A stretch of DNA of 63,860 nucleotides, filler included. It is 5 parts of 5 records of this genome, joined end to end, with 100 filler letters (N's around TTAATTAATTAA, not from the genome) between each part and the next. Parts side by side here need not be neighbours in the genome. Positions count along the whole stretch, not along the records: positions 21,193 to 49,950 come from SRR31147125_986; 4 more parts are not named here. The stretch is one strand, 5' to 3'. Under the pieces are notes generated by a model, which saw nothing but the letters and a program-made list of their open reading frames with translations, had not been told where the DNA came from and did no database searches. Of this stretch, positions 35,077-44,501 are shown one piece after another (within the stretch, counting starts at the first letter, position 1; every line of letters begins with the position of its first letter). Both the position numbers and the translations under genes were made by a program.

Positions 35077-36095
35077 ATGATTATCAAAATGAAAAAAGAA
35101 GCATCTAAAAAACAATACAATCATATCGTTGAATTTTTAGAAGCTAAAGGATTAGAAATTAAAGATGTGAGTAGTGAAATGGTTCAAATATTTGGGATTA
35201 TTGGTGACACATCAGGTATAGAACCACTTGATTTAAAAGCTTTTGATGGGGTTGATGAAGTGACACGTGTTTCAACACCATTTAAAAAGCAAGTAGAAGT
35301 TTTCACCCAGAAGATACAATTATCGAATTAAAAAATGGTATTAAAGTTGGTGGAGATGAGTTTTTAATGATGGCAGGACCTTGTTCTGTTGAATCAGAAG
35401 ATCAAATGAGAACTATCGCTAAAGCATTAAAGAAATCAGGGGTTAAAGTGTTACGTGGTGGCGCATATAAACCAAGAACTTCTCCTTATTCATTCCAAGG
35501 TATGGAATTAGAAGGACTGAAAGTCTTAAGGAAAATTGCAGATGAATTTGATATGTTAGTGGTCACTGAATTAATGAGTGTTGATGTATTAGATGAGTTT
35601 GAGAAATATGTTGATATTATTCAAATAGGTGCTAGAAACATGCAAAACTTCTCGTTGTTAAAAGCAATAGGTAAATCAACTAAACCTATTTTATTAAAAA
35701 GAGGGATGTCAGCAACCATTCAAGAATGGCTTATGTCAGCTGAATATGTCATGGCTTATGGTAATGATGATGTGATGCTTTGTGAAAGAGGTATTCGTAC
35801 ATATGAAACATACACAAGAAACACATTAGATATTAGCTCTGTTTTAGCTGTTAAAGAATTATCGCATTTACCAGTCATAGTCGATCCGAGTCATGCCGCA
35901 GGACGTTGGAACATGATTGAAAATTTATCGCTTGCAAGTCTAGCAGTTGGTGCACATGGATTAATTGTTGAAGTGCATCATGATCCTGAGCATGCGATGA
36001 GTGATGGCGCGCAATCTTTAAAACCTAAAAAATATGATGAAATGATTCATAAATTAGATAAAGTTGCAGCTGTGTTAGATAAAAAAATTGTATGA
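35077..36095 (+). CDS. aroF: DAHP synthase type I-beta with N-terminal regulatory domain (1-nt frameshift near 35285)
   Basis: AGPCSVES, GGAYKPRTSPYSFQG, IGARNMQN and DPSH motifs; one extra A in the A-run gives the expected FKKASRSFHPEDT linker. Confidence 0.9.
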
Positions 36096-36922
36096 CATAC
36101 TTTATTGTAGGATTAGGATTGATAGGTGCATCTTATGCGGAAGGATTGCACTTAAAAGGGCATAAGGTATATGCTTATAATAGAAGTGAAGATAAAGTAA
36201 AAAAAGCAATTGAAGAAGGCATCGTTGAAGCAGATAATGATATGAGTAAGATATCAGATGCTGATGTAATTGTTTTATCACTTTATCCTAAACATAATAT
36301 CGAATTTTTAAATAAATATCGAAATTTATTGAAAAAAGGACAAATGATTACTGATGTCAGTGGTACAAAAGTTTGGATGATTGACGAATTGGTTAAACTT
36401 ATACCCGAAGGTATTAGTTATACATCGCATCACCCAATGGCAGGTAAAGAAGTCAGTGGTTATGATGCGAAAGACTATCGTATATTTGAAGGTGCGAATT
36501 TTGTTATCGTACCATCAAATAAATCTTTAGATACTGATGATGCAATTTTAAGAAGCATTGCCAATGATTTATCATTTGGAAAAATACTAAAAGTAGATGC
36601 TAAAACTCATGATCAATTGATTGCTTTCACATCACAACTTACACATGTGATTGCTGTTGCACTTGTGAACACTGATCAATATCAAGAAACAAAAAAAGCA
36701 ACAGGTGATTCATATCGTGATTTAACGAGAATTGCAAAAATCAATGAACATATGTGGACTGAGTTATTTTTAGAAAATAAACCAGCACTTCTAGAAGTTA
36801 TAGATCATTTTCAAAGTCAATTAAATGATATGAAAGTGATGATAGAAAAAAATGAAAAAGAACAATTGAAACAATACATGAGAGATGCGAAAGAAAAGAG
36901 GGTAAGCTTTGATGAAGATTAA
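36092..36922 (+). CDS. tyrA: Prephenate dehydrogenase
   Basis: GLGLIGAS, HPMAGKE, HDQLIAFTSQLTH and RDLTRIA motifs. Confidence 0.92.
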   Translation: MTYFIVGLGLIGASYAEGLHLKGHKVYAYNRSEDKVKKAIEEGIVEADNDMSKISDADVIVLSLYPKHNIEFLNKYRNLLKKGQMITDVSGTKVWMIDELVKLIPEGISYTSHHPMAGKEVSGYDAKDYRIFEGANFVIVPSNKSLDTDDAILRSIANDLSFGKILKVDAKTHDQLIAFTSQLTHVIAVALVNTDQYQETKKATGDSYRDLTRIAKINEHMWTELFLENKPALLEVIDHFQSQLNDMKVMIEKNEKEQLKQYMRDAKEKRVSFDED

Positions 36923-37913
36923 TATGCCAGACTACGATATTATCGTTGGTCATCAAGAAATGAATCATATGACATCACACATTAAAAAAATATACCCTTA
37001 TGAGCATATTTTTATATTAACGGATAATCATGTTTATGGGCTTTATAAAGACAAAATCAATCAATGGTTTAAATCATTTCATACTGAAATTGTTACAGTT
37101 GAGCCAGGTGAAAAATCTAAATCATACGACGTCTATTTAGAAGCAATTGATAAACTTATATCAAAAGGGATAAAACGTAAACATTTACTCATTGCATTAG
37201 GTGGTGGTGTGATTGGTGATCTTGCAGGATTTATCGCATCAACCTTATATCGTGGTATACCATTTATGCAAATCCCTACATCACTACTTGCGATGGTTGA
37301 TAGTTCAATTGGTGGTAAAGTAGGTATTGATTTAGATAGTGGGAAAAATCTAATTGGTTCTTTTTATCAACCTAAAAAGGTTATTATTGATCCTGATTTT
37401 TTAGATACACTATCAGTTGAAGAATATCATAATGGGATGGCAGAAATGATCAAATCAGGTCTTATTGGCGATTCTTCTCTATATACTTTTTTTAAAACAC
37501 ACGATAAAGTAACAATCAATGAAATTATTCAAACTATTGAAGTGAAAAGAAAAGTTGTTTTAATTGATCCTTATGATCACAAGGAGCGCATGTATTTAAA
37601 TTTCGGTCATTCTTATGGTCATGCGATTGAAAAAGCCACGCACTATGAAGTTTATAAACACGGACAAGCGATTAGTTATGGCATGTTAATTGCACTTGAC
37701 AAAGGGATAGCGTTGAAAATAACACCTCAATATTTATATGAGGAAGTAAAAGAAATACTTTTAAAGTTAGACCTTGTGAAAGAACCTTTATTAGAAGCAA
37801 GAGAATTTGAACAAGAACTTATATATGATAAGAAAAATATGGCTGATGGTTATCATTTTATATTTATAGAAGAAATTGGACAGCCAGTCATAATAAAAAT
37901 TAAGTTAGTGTAA
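36909..37913 (+). CDS. aroB: 3-dehydroquinate synthase
   Basis: GGGVIGDLAGF, PTSLLAMVDSSIGGK and LNFGHSYGHAIE motifs. Confidence 0.93.
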   Translation: MMKINMPDYDIIVGHQEMNHMTSHIKKIYPYEHIFILTDNHVYGLYKDKINQWFKSFHTEIVTVEPGEKSKSYDVYLEAIDKLISKGIKRKHLLIALGGGVIGDLAGFIASTLYRGIPFMQIPTSLLAMVDSSIGGKVGIDLDSGKNLIGSFYQPKKVIIDPDFLDTLSVEEYHNGMAEMIKSGLIGDSSLYTFFKTHDKVTINEIIQTIEVKRKVVLIDPYDHKERMYLNFGHSYGHAIEKATHYEVYKHGQAISYGMLIALDKGIALKITPQYLYEEVKEILLKLDLVKEPLLEAREFEQELIYDKKNMADGYHFIFIEEIGQPVIIKIKLV

Positions 37914-37914
37914 T

Positions 37915-39180
37915 ATGATGGATATAATAATAAAACCAAAATCATTAGGTGGTACGATAGAAGTTATTTCATCTAAATCATTATCACATCGTTATGTGAT
38001 AGCTGCTGCTTTATCAAATGAATCATCAACGATTTCAAATGTATTAAAATCACAAGATTTAATAGCAACCAAAGATGCATTAAGTGCACTTGGAGCAACT
38101 TTTGAAGGTGATAAAGTTCAACCAGCAGATTTAGTCCTACGTCATAAAGAAGTGAATATGCATGAATCTGGTTCTACATTAAGATTTATGATACCTATAT
38201 TAATGCTGCAACAACAAGAAGTGATTGTCAAAGGTATGAATCGTTTAGTCGATAGACCTTTAGATGTTTATGATCAATTGTTTAAAGATAAAAAAGTTGT
38301 GTTTGAACATCTTGATGAAAATCATCAATTACCAGTCTTACTCAAAGGTAAAATTAAAGGTGGACATTATCCACTTCGAGGTGATATTAGTTCACAGTTT
38401 ATCAGTGGATTATTATTTGCATTACCACTGACAGGCAAAGACTCTGTTATTGAACTAACATCACCCCTAGAATCCAAAGGATATGTTGATTTAACACTTG
38501 ATGTGTTAAAGAAATTCGGTATTCATATTTTAAATGTAGATCAATATATTTATATTCGTGGTGGTCAAAAATATCAAGCACATGATGCCGTTGTAGAAGG
38601 CGACTTTTCACAATCAGCATTTTGGTTTGCTGCTGGTGTTATTGGGCGTCAACCGCTTAGATTAAAACATTTAAATCCTCAAAGTTTACAAGGTGATAAA
38701 GCGATTGTGGATATATTGAAATCAATGGGGGCTCATATTACCTATAAAGATGATTGTTATGAAGTTTTACCATCTCAAACACAAGGTGTTAAAATAGACT
38801 TATCACAAGTGCCTGATTTAGGACCCATGCTTATGGGGGTTGCAGCACTATCAGAGGGTGTAACAACATTTGTTAATTTTGAAAGATTACGCATTAAAGA
38901 ATCTGATCGCGTTGAAGCGATGAAAGATGTGTTATCAAGATATGGTGTCGATATGCACATCACTGATCAGGTCATTTCGATTGAAGGTAAGAAACAATTA
39001 AAAGGACATATTGAAATAAATACTTTTAATGATCATAGGATTGCAATGGCTGCATCCGTTTTAGCCATTAGAGCTGATGGGGATGTTGTCATTAAAGATA
39101 GTACATGTATTAATAAATCTTATCCTATATTTTATGATGATTATAAAAAATTAGGTGGTGAAATCATTGAAGTTAAATAA
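37915..39180 (+). CDS. aroA: EPSP synthase
   Basis: SKSLSHR, ESGSTLRF, SSQFISGLL, RIKESDR and NDHRIAM motifs. Confidence 0.95.
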   Translation: MMDIIIKPKSLGGTIEVISSKSLSHRYVIAAALSNESSTISNVLKSQDLIATKDALSALGATFEGDKVQPADLVLRHKEVNMHESGSTLRFMIPILMLQQQEVIVKGMNRLVDRPLDVYDQLFKDKKVVFEHLDENHQLPVLLKGKIKGGHYPLRGDISSQFISGLLFALPLTGKDSVIELTSPLESKGYVDLTLDVLKKFGIHILNVDQYIYIRGGQKYQAHDAVVEGDFSQSAFWFAAGVIGRQPLRLKHLNPQSLQGDKAIVDILKSMGAHITYKDDCYEVLPSQTQGVKIDLSQVPDLGPMLMGVAALSEGVTTFVNFERLRIKESDRVEAMKDVLSRYGVDMHITDQVISIEGKKQLKGHIEINTFNDHRIAMAASVLAIRADGDVVIKDSTCINKSYPIFYDDYKKLGGEIIEVK

Positions 39181-39427
39181 TCTTAGAAAAGAAATTAATC
39201 AAATTGATACACAAATATTAGAATTATTTGAAAAAAGAATGCATGTTGCATCACAAATTGGTGCATATAAAAAAGTTCATGATTTACCAGTGTTAGATCA
39301 ATCAAGAGAAGATGCATTACTTAGCATGATGCTAGAAAAAGTAAATGATCCTGATTTAAAACCTTATTATGAGAAATTCTTAAAACATTTAATGGATCTT
39401 TCTAAGGCTTATCAACATGAAGTATAA
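39155..39427 (+). CDS. Chorismate mutase (AroQ-type)
   Basis: LRKEINQID...KR...IGAYK...PVLDQSRE pattern. Confidence 0.85.
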   Translation: MVKSLKLNNLRKEINQIDTQILELFEKRMHVASQIGAYKKVHDLPVLDQSREDALLSMMLEKVNDPDLKPYYEKFLKHLMDLSKAYQHEV

Positions 39428-40187
39428 ATGTGGATTGATTGGTCATAAAATCTCTTATAGCCTATCACCTGTGATTCATGAACAAATTGCGAAATTTTTA
39501 GATGTTAAGATGACTTATGATTTGATTGATATCTCAAGTGATCGCATATCAGACTATATAGATTTATTAAAAAAGGGCATCTATCAAGGCTTTAATGTTA
39601 CAAAACCGTATAAAGAAGAAGTTATCGCATATATGGATGAATTATCTCCAATTGCAAAAAAATTAAGAGCAGTTAATACCATTTATATGTTGGATGGCAA
39701 AATTTATGGTGATAACACAGATGCTTATGGGTTTGCTTATATGTTAGATTATTATCACATAAAAGTTGATCGTAAACATGTGTTAGTTTTAGGAACTGGT
39801 GGAGCATCAAAAGCCGTCTTTGATGTGCTTCAAAAAAGAGGTGCACATATTAAATTTGCATCAAGAACACCAAAAGGTGAACATGTCATCGGATATAAAG
39901 ATATATATCCAAGTGTATTTGATATATATATCAATGCTACACCGATAGGTACATATCCTCATGTTGAAGATTGTGTGTTATCACAAAATGAAGTGAGTCA
40001 ACAATTGGTTATTGATTTAATATATCGACCTAAACATACAAAATTGATGCAATACGCACAAACATCTTATAATGGATTTATGATGCTTTTAGCCCAAGCT
40101 GTTAAAAGTGAAATGTTATGGTTGAATCATGATATATCAATCCATGATACGATAGATTATTTAATGGAAGTGATCAAATATGAATAG
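39417..40187 (+). CDS. aroE: Shikimate dehydrogenase
   Basis: SLSPVIH, NVTKPYK, AVNT, NTDAYGF, GTGGAS and NATPIG motifs. Confidence 0.92.
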   Translation: MKYKCGLIGHKISYSLSPVIHEQIAKFLDVKMTYDLIDISSDRISDYIDLLKKGIYQGFNVTKPYKEEVIAYMDELSPIAKKLRAVNTIYMLDGKIYGDNTDAYGFAYMLDYYHIKVDRKHVLVLGTGGASKAVFDVLQKRGAHIKFASRTPKGEHVIGYKDIYPSVFDIYINATPIGTYPHVEDCVLSQNEVSQQLVIDLIYRPKHTKLMQYAQTSYNGFMMLLAQAVKSEMLWLNHDISIHDTIDYLMEVIKYE

Positions 40188-41166
40188 TTATGGACAATTA
40201 TTTAGAATAACTTTATATGGTGAATCTCATCAAAAAGCTATAGGTGTCATCATTGATGGTGTAACACCAGGCACACCTATTGATATAGATTTAATTAAGC
40301 ATGATTTAGAACTTAGAAAGCCTAAAGCCATTGGTACGACACCAAGAAAAGAAGATGATGAACCTATGATTACATCGGGTGTATTTAATGGTGTTGCTAC
40401 AGGATCACCCATACACATCATGATTGAAAACAAAAATATTAAATCAAAAGACTATGATCATCTGAAAAAACAACCAAGGCCAGGACATGCTGATTTTGTT
40501 GCAGAACGAAAATATCATGGGTTTCAAGATCATAGAGGTGGTGGACGCTTTTCTGGAAGACTTACAGCAGCATTAGTTGCTGCAGGGTCTATTGCAAAAA
40601 TGATGATTCCTTATACATTTAGTCATGAACTAAAACAAATTGGTGAATTAACGGATATGACAAAAATTGATGCATATCTTACTAAAATCATTGCTGAAGG
40701 TGATTCAGTCGGTGGTATTGTCGAAGTAAATATTAAAGGTGTTGAAGTAGGTTTAGGTGAACCTATGTTTGAAAAACTTGATGCAGAACTTGCAAAAATG
40801 ATGTTTAATATACCAGCGGTAAAAGGATTTGAAATGGGGATTGGTTTTAAAGGTGCTCATTACAAAGGTTCAATGTTTAATGATCTTATGATTGATGGAA
40901 CAGGTAAAACTAAAACGAATCATGCTGGTGGTGTCACAGGGGGTATATCAAATGGAAATGACATTGTATGCCGAGTATTTGTAAAACCAACATCATCCAT
41001 TCAAAAAAATCAAGAAACATATCATTTAGAAAGTCAACAATTAGAAACACTTAAAGTTGGCGGTAGACATGATGTTGCTATCGTAAGAAGAGTAGGCATT
41101 GTTTTAGAAAATGCAGCTGCAATTGTTTTAGCCGATGCTTATTTAAAAAATAAAATTTATCAATAA
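40180..41166 (+). CDS. aroC: Chorismate synthase
   Basis: GESHQ, PRPGHAD, RGGGRFSGR, GGISNG, KPTSSI and GRHD motifs. Confidence 0.95.
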   Translation: MNSYGQLFRITLYGESHQKAIGVIIDGVTPGTPIDIDLIKHDLELRKPKAIGTTPRKEDDEPMITSGVFNGVATGSPIHIMIENKNIKSKDYDHLKKQPRPGHADFVAERKYHGFQDHRGGGRFSGRLTAALVAAGSIAKMMIPYTFSHELKQIGELTDMTKIDAYLTKIIAEGDSVGGIVEVNIKGVEVGLGEPMFEKLDAELAKMMFNIPAVKGFEMGIGFKGAHYKGSMFNDLMIDGTGKTKTNHAGGVTGGISNGNDIVCRVFVKPTSSIQKNQETYHLESQQLETLKVGGRHDVAIVRRVGIVLENAAAIVLADAYLKNKIYQ

Positions 41167-41180
41167 AATGAAATAATAAG

Positions 41181-41212
41181 TAACCTTCTATAAAAAATAG
41201 GAGGTTTTTTTT
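41181..41212 (+). terminator. Terminator of the aro operon
   Basis: AACCTTCTAT...ATAGGAGGTT plus T-run. Confidence 0.7.
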
Positions 41213-41226
41213 ATGTTATATAAAAT

Positions 41227-41240
41227 TGTAAACGTTATCA
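41227..41240. promoter_or_regulatory. cre/LacI-type operator upstream of the hydrogenase operon
   Basis: TGTAAACGTTATCA fits TGWAANCGNTNWCA at all positions. Confidence 0.55.
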
Positions 41241-41338
41241 TATCGTCAAAAACGCAAAATATTTGACATGATATTTAATTATAAAAATTATATGATATAA
41301 TCCAAGTATAAAATACGACTCTACTTAAGGAGAAAAAA

Positions 41339-41848
41339 ATGAATAAAAATGTTGAAATGACACAGGATCAATTAGATTTTTTTTATGCTAAAATTGACCA
41401 ACATTTAAAAAAACCTGGGCCACTCATGCCAACACTGCATGACGCACAGGAAATTTTTGGTTGCATTCCTCTCAAAATTCAAAAAATAATTAGTCAAAAG
41501 CTTCATATGAGTATTGCTAAAATTAATGGCGTTGTTACTTTCTATGGCAATTTTTCAGTAGAACCTAAAGGAAAACACCAAATTCATGTATGTTTAGGAA
41601 CCGCATGCTATGTTAGAGGTTCTAAGAATATTATGGAAACTCTAGAAAATCATTTTCATATTAAAGAAGGGCAGACAACTGCAGATGGTGAAGTATCTAT
41701 TTGTGCGACTAGATGTATTGGTGCATGTGGGTTAGCCCCAGTTTTTTCTGTTGATGGCCATATTTATGGTTCAGCAGATGTTGCCAAAACAAATAAAGTG
41801 ATCCATGATTTAGAGGATGAAGAACATGACACTGCATGCATTGATTAA
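41339..41848 (+). CDS. Hydrogenase 2Fe-2S subunit (NuoE / HndA / HydC-like)
   Basis: GVVTFY, VCLGTACYVRG and RCIGACGLAP motifs. Confidence 0.9.
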   Translation: MNKNVEMTQDQLDFFYAKIDQHLKKPGPLMPTLHDAQEIFGCIPLKIQKIISQKLHMSIAKINGVVTFYGNFSVEPKGKHQIHVCLGTACYVRGSKNIMETLENHFHIKEGQTTADGEVSICATRCIGACGLAPVFSVDGHIYGSADVAKTNKVIHDLEDEEHDTACID

Positions 41849-42206
41849 TCAATTTAAACTTAATCAACTCACTAAACAACCGATACATCAAAAAGAAATC
41901 AGTTATGGATTTTGTTGTGATTTGATGAGTGATGCGCTAATGATTATGCATCAGACAAGTGATGAAATCATTGATCAAACCATTTTAATTACAGGGTTAG
42001 TAACGATGCAATCGATACGTACAGCGGAGATGCTAGATATCGATGTTGTTGTCATAGTCAGGGGGAAAATACCTTCAATAAAAGTGATTGAATTAGCAGA
42101 AAGGCTTAATATTTTAATACTTCAAACTTCATTAACGATGTTTAGTTTAAGCGGTCAATTATTTCAAAAAGGGATTGAAGGTATCTCTTATGAAGAACAA
42201 TGGTAA
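41817..42206 (+). CDS. DRTGG-domain protein
   Basis: CCDLMSDAL, ITGL, RTAEMLD and VRGK motifs. Confidence 0.8.
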   Translation: MKNMTLHALINQFKLNQLTKQPIHQKEISYGFCCDLMSDALMIMHQTSDEIIDQTILITGLVTMQSIRTAEMLDIDVVVIVRGKIPSIKVIELAERLNILILQTSLTMFSLSGQLFQKGIEGISYEEQW

Positions 42207-42640
42207 GTAAACAATATCAGATTATCGCTAGAAATTATGATTTAGCAGGACGTGCTTCATCTGCTGTTAAGCAAGCATTAAAATCGATTCATCTTTCTAG
42301 ACAAGAAATTAAACGTATTTGTTCAGCATCATACGAAGCTGAGATTAATGTAGTTATACATTCAATGGGTGGTTATGTTGATGTCTTTATTGAAAATGAT
42401 TACATCCAATTAAACTTTTACGATGATGGTCCAGGCATTGAAGACATTGAAAAAGCAATGGTGGAAGGTTATTCAACAGCTACACCAGAAGATCATCGAA
42501 ATGGATTTGGAGCTGGATTGGGGTTGTCTAATATTAAAAGATGTGCTGATAAGATGGAACTAGCATCTTCGAGTGAAGGCACAATTTTGAAACTAACTTT
42601 CAATTTTAGAGGTGAAGTATGCACGACATTAGAGAAATAA
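42200..42640 (+). CDS. Anti-sigma / RsbT-like Ser/Thr kinase (HATPase_c)
   Basis: YEAEINVVIH, DDGPGI, GYST and GFGAGLGLSNIK motifs. Confidence 0.85.
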   Translation: MVSKQYQIIARNYDLAGRASSAVKQALKSIHLSRQEIKRICSASYEAEINVVIHSMGGYVDVFIENDYIQLNFYDDGPGIEDIEKAMVEGYSTATPEDHRNGFGAGLGLSNIKRCADKMELASSSEGTILKLTFNFRGEVCTTLEK

Positions 42641-42972
42641 TTAAAGATCCAAGATACCGAAGTGTTTCAAATGAAGATTCACTTCAACATAGATTTAGAT
42701 GTGTTTATGCGTGTGATTTGTTAAGCGCAGTCATTAAGCATGGTATTGATGCACCAATACTCATTACACAAATTAATGCCATTGCTACGCTTGGAGTTGC
42801 TGTGATGATGGATTTACCCGCTATCATAATGACTGAAGGAAAAAAGTTTAATCAAGAAATGATTGAGAAAGCAAATGAAGAAAGCATATGTTTGATTGAA
42901 ACAAATATGACTTCAACGGATGTTATTATCGATTTGAAACAAAAAAATTATTATGAAAAAATATTATTATGA
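42619..42972 (+). CDS. DRTGG-domain protein
   Basis: YACDLLSAV, ILIT and AIIMTEG motifs. Confidence 0.75.
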   Translation: MHDIREIIKDPRYRSVSNEDSLQHRFRCVYACDLLSAVIKHGIDAPILITQINAIATLGVAVMMDLPAIIMTEGKKFNQEMIEKANEESICLIETNMTSTDVIIDLKQKNYYEKILL

Positions 42973-44161
42973 TCTCCATATTCATAGTGTATTATCACCG
43001 TGTGCTGATGAATTGATGACGCCTCAAAATATATTTAACATGGCCATGCTTAAGCATTTAGATATCATTTCAGTTACAGATCATAATAGTTTAAAACAAA
43101 TACCAGTATGCTATGAGCTCTCAAAAAGTTATGATCTGTTGTTTATACCTGGTGTAGAAGTAACCGTTTCTGAAGGTTTTGATATTTTGATATATTTCAA
43201 ACATATGAAAGACACATTACCATTTGATGCATTTCTGTCATCTAGAGTGAAGCATATTCCAAATAATAACCAATATTTAAAACAACAAGAAATCTATGAT
43301 ATAAATGATCATGTTTGTGATATTTACCCTTATTTACTTAATCAGAAACTTGAGATTTCAATGGATGAGCTCATCAAAGCATTGAAATCGTATGAATGCA
43401 TGTATGTATTTGCACATATTGATAGATATTTTGATGAGATACTACCCTACATCTCTAAATATAAACCACATGGTATTGAAACAAGAAAAGCTCTGCATTT
43501 ATTCGATGCAAAACATATGATTAATTCAGATGCGCATCATATTATAGATATTTTAGAAAGAGATAAAAATCATATCACCTTAGATACTTGCACCCTAGAT
43601 GATTTTTTAGGTATTTTTTGCATGGATGATTTTTCATCATATATCTTTGATCTCGTACAAAATGCATTTGCAGCACGTGCAAATCGTATAACCATAAAAA
43701 TCATAAAAAATGATCAATTAAAACTTGTACTTAAAAATAATGGTAAGCATATGCCAAAAACTATAATTAGACAAGTGGTATCTCCTTTTTATACAACAAG
43801 AACAACCAGGAGAATTGGATTAGGCATACCCTTAATGATTTTATTGACACAACAAACACAAGGTACATATCATATACGCTCAAATCAAGTCTTTAACACA
43901 ACATTTATATTTACTTTTAATCATCAACATGTAGACTTTCCTGATGAAGGCGACTATACGAAACTGGTTCGTGATATTTTTATGCATCAAGATTTATCTG
44001 TCTTAAAATTTAGATATAAAGATAAACATATAAAGAAAACACTTAAATTTAAAAAGAGTAAACATCAACTAAGTACAGTCATCAGCGAAATGAATCAACA
44101 CATGAAAAGAATAGAGGATAACGATGAAAACTTTAGAAGATTTAAAAAAATTACGCGATGA
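42953..44161 (+). CDS. PHP-domain phosphoesterase apparently fused to a HATPase_c protein (second domain starts at ATG 43622)
   Basis: DLHIHS, TDHN, PGVE and NSDAH, then DLVQNA...PFYTTRTTRRIGLGIPL. Confidence 0.75.
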   Translation: MKKYYYDLHIHSVLSPCADELMTPQNIFNMAMLKHLDIISVTDHNSLKQIPVCYELSKSYDLLFIPGVEVTVSEGFDILIYFKHMKDTLPFDAFLSSRVKHIPNNNQYLKQQEIYDINDHVCDIYPYLLNQKLEISMDELIKALKSYECMYVFAHIDRYFDEILPYISKYKPHGIETRKALHLFDAKHMINSDAHHIIDILERDKNHITLDTCTLDDFLGIFCMDDFSSYIFDLVQNAFAARANRITIKIIKNDQLKLVLKNNGKHMPKTIIRQVVSPFYTTRTTRRIGLGIPLMILLTQQTQGTYHIRSNQVFNTTFIFTFNHQHVDFPDEGDYTKLVRDIFMHQDLSVLKFRYKDKHIKKTLKFKKSKHQLSTVISEMNQHMKRIEDNDENFRRFKKITR

Positions 44162-44501
44162 ATCACTAAAAAAAATGAATATGCGTTATGTCAAAGATGG
44201 GTTTAGAATCCAAGTGGGGATGGGAACATGTGGCATCGCGTCTGGTGCCAGAACTATATTAAATGAATTTTTACAACAAATCGAAAATCATGAACTTAAA
44301 AATGTGTCAGTCACACAAGTTGGTTGCATGGGAGAATGTGCATACGAACCAATGATAGAACTCATTGACGCATCAAGGCAATCTTATATTTATGCGCAAC
44401 TCACCATTCCAATGGTTCGAGCAATCGTTGAAAAGCATATCATTAACCATCATCCTATAGATAAATGGTTGTTATCAACAAGAAAGAAAGAGGAAAACTG
44501 A
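44124..44501 (+). CDS. Thioredoxin-like 2Fe-2S ferredoxin subunit (HndB / HydD-like)
   Basis: VGMGTCGIASGA and VGCMGECAYEP motifs. Confidence 0.88.
   Translation: MKTLEDLKKLRDESLKKMNMRYVKDGFRIQVGMGTCGIASGARTILNEFLQQIENHELKNVSVTQVGCMGECAYEPMIELIDASRQSYIYAQLTIPMVRAIVEKHIINHHPIDKWLLSTRKKEEN

Noticed and set aside
35281-35366. Split aroF or programmed -1 frameshift at TTTAAAAAG
   Set aside because: One extra A restores the normal linker; same error pattern as in the dynein contig; the heptamer is not a canonical in-frame slippery site
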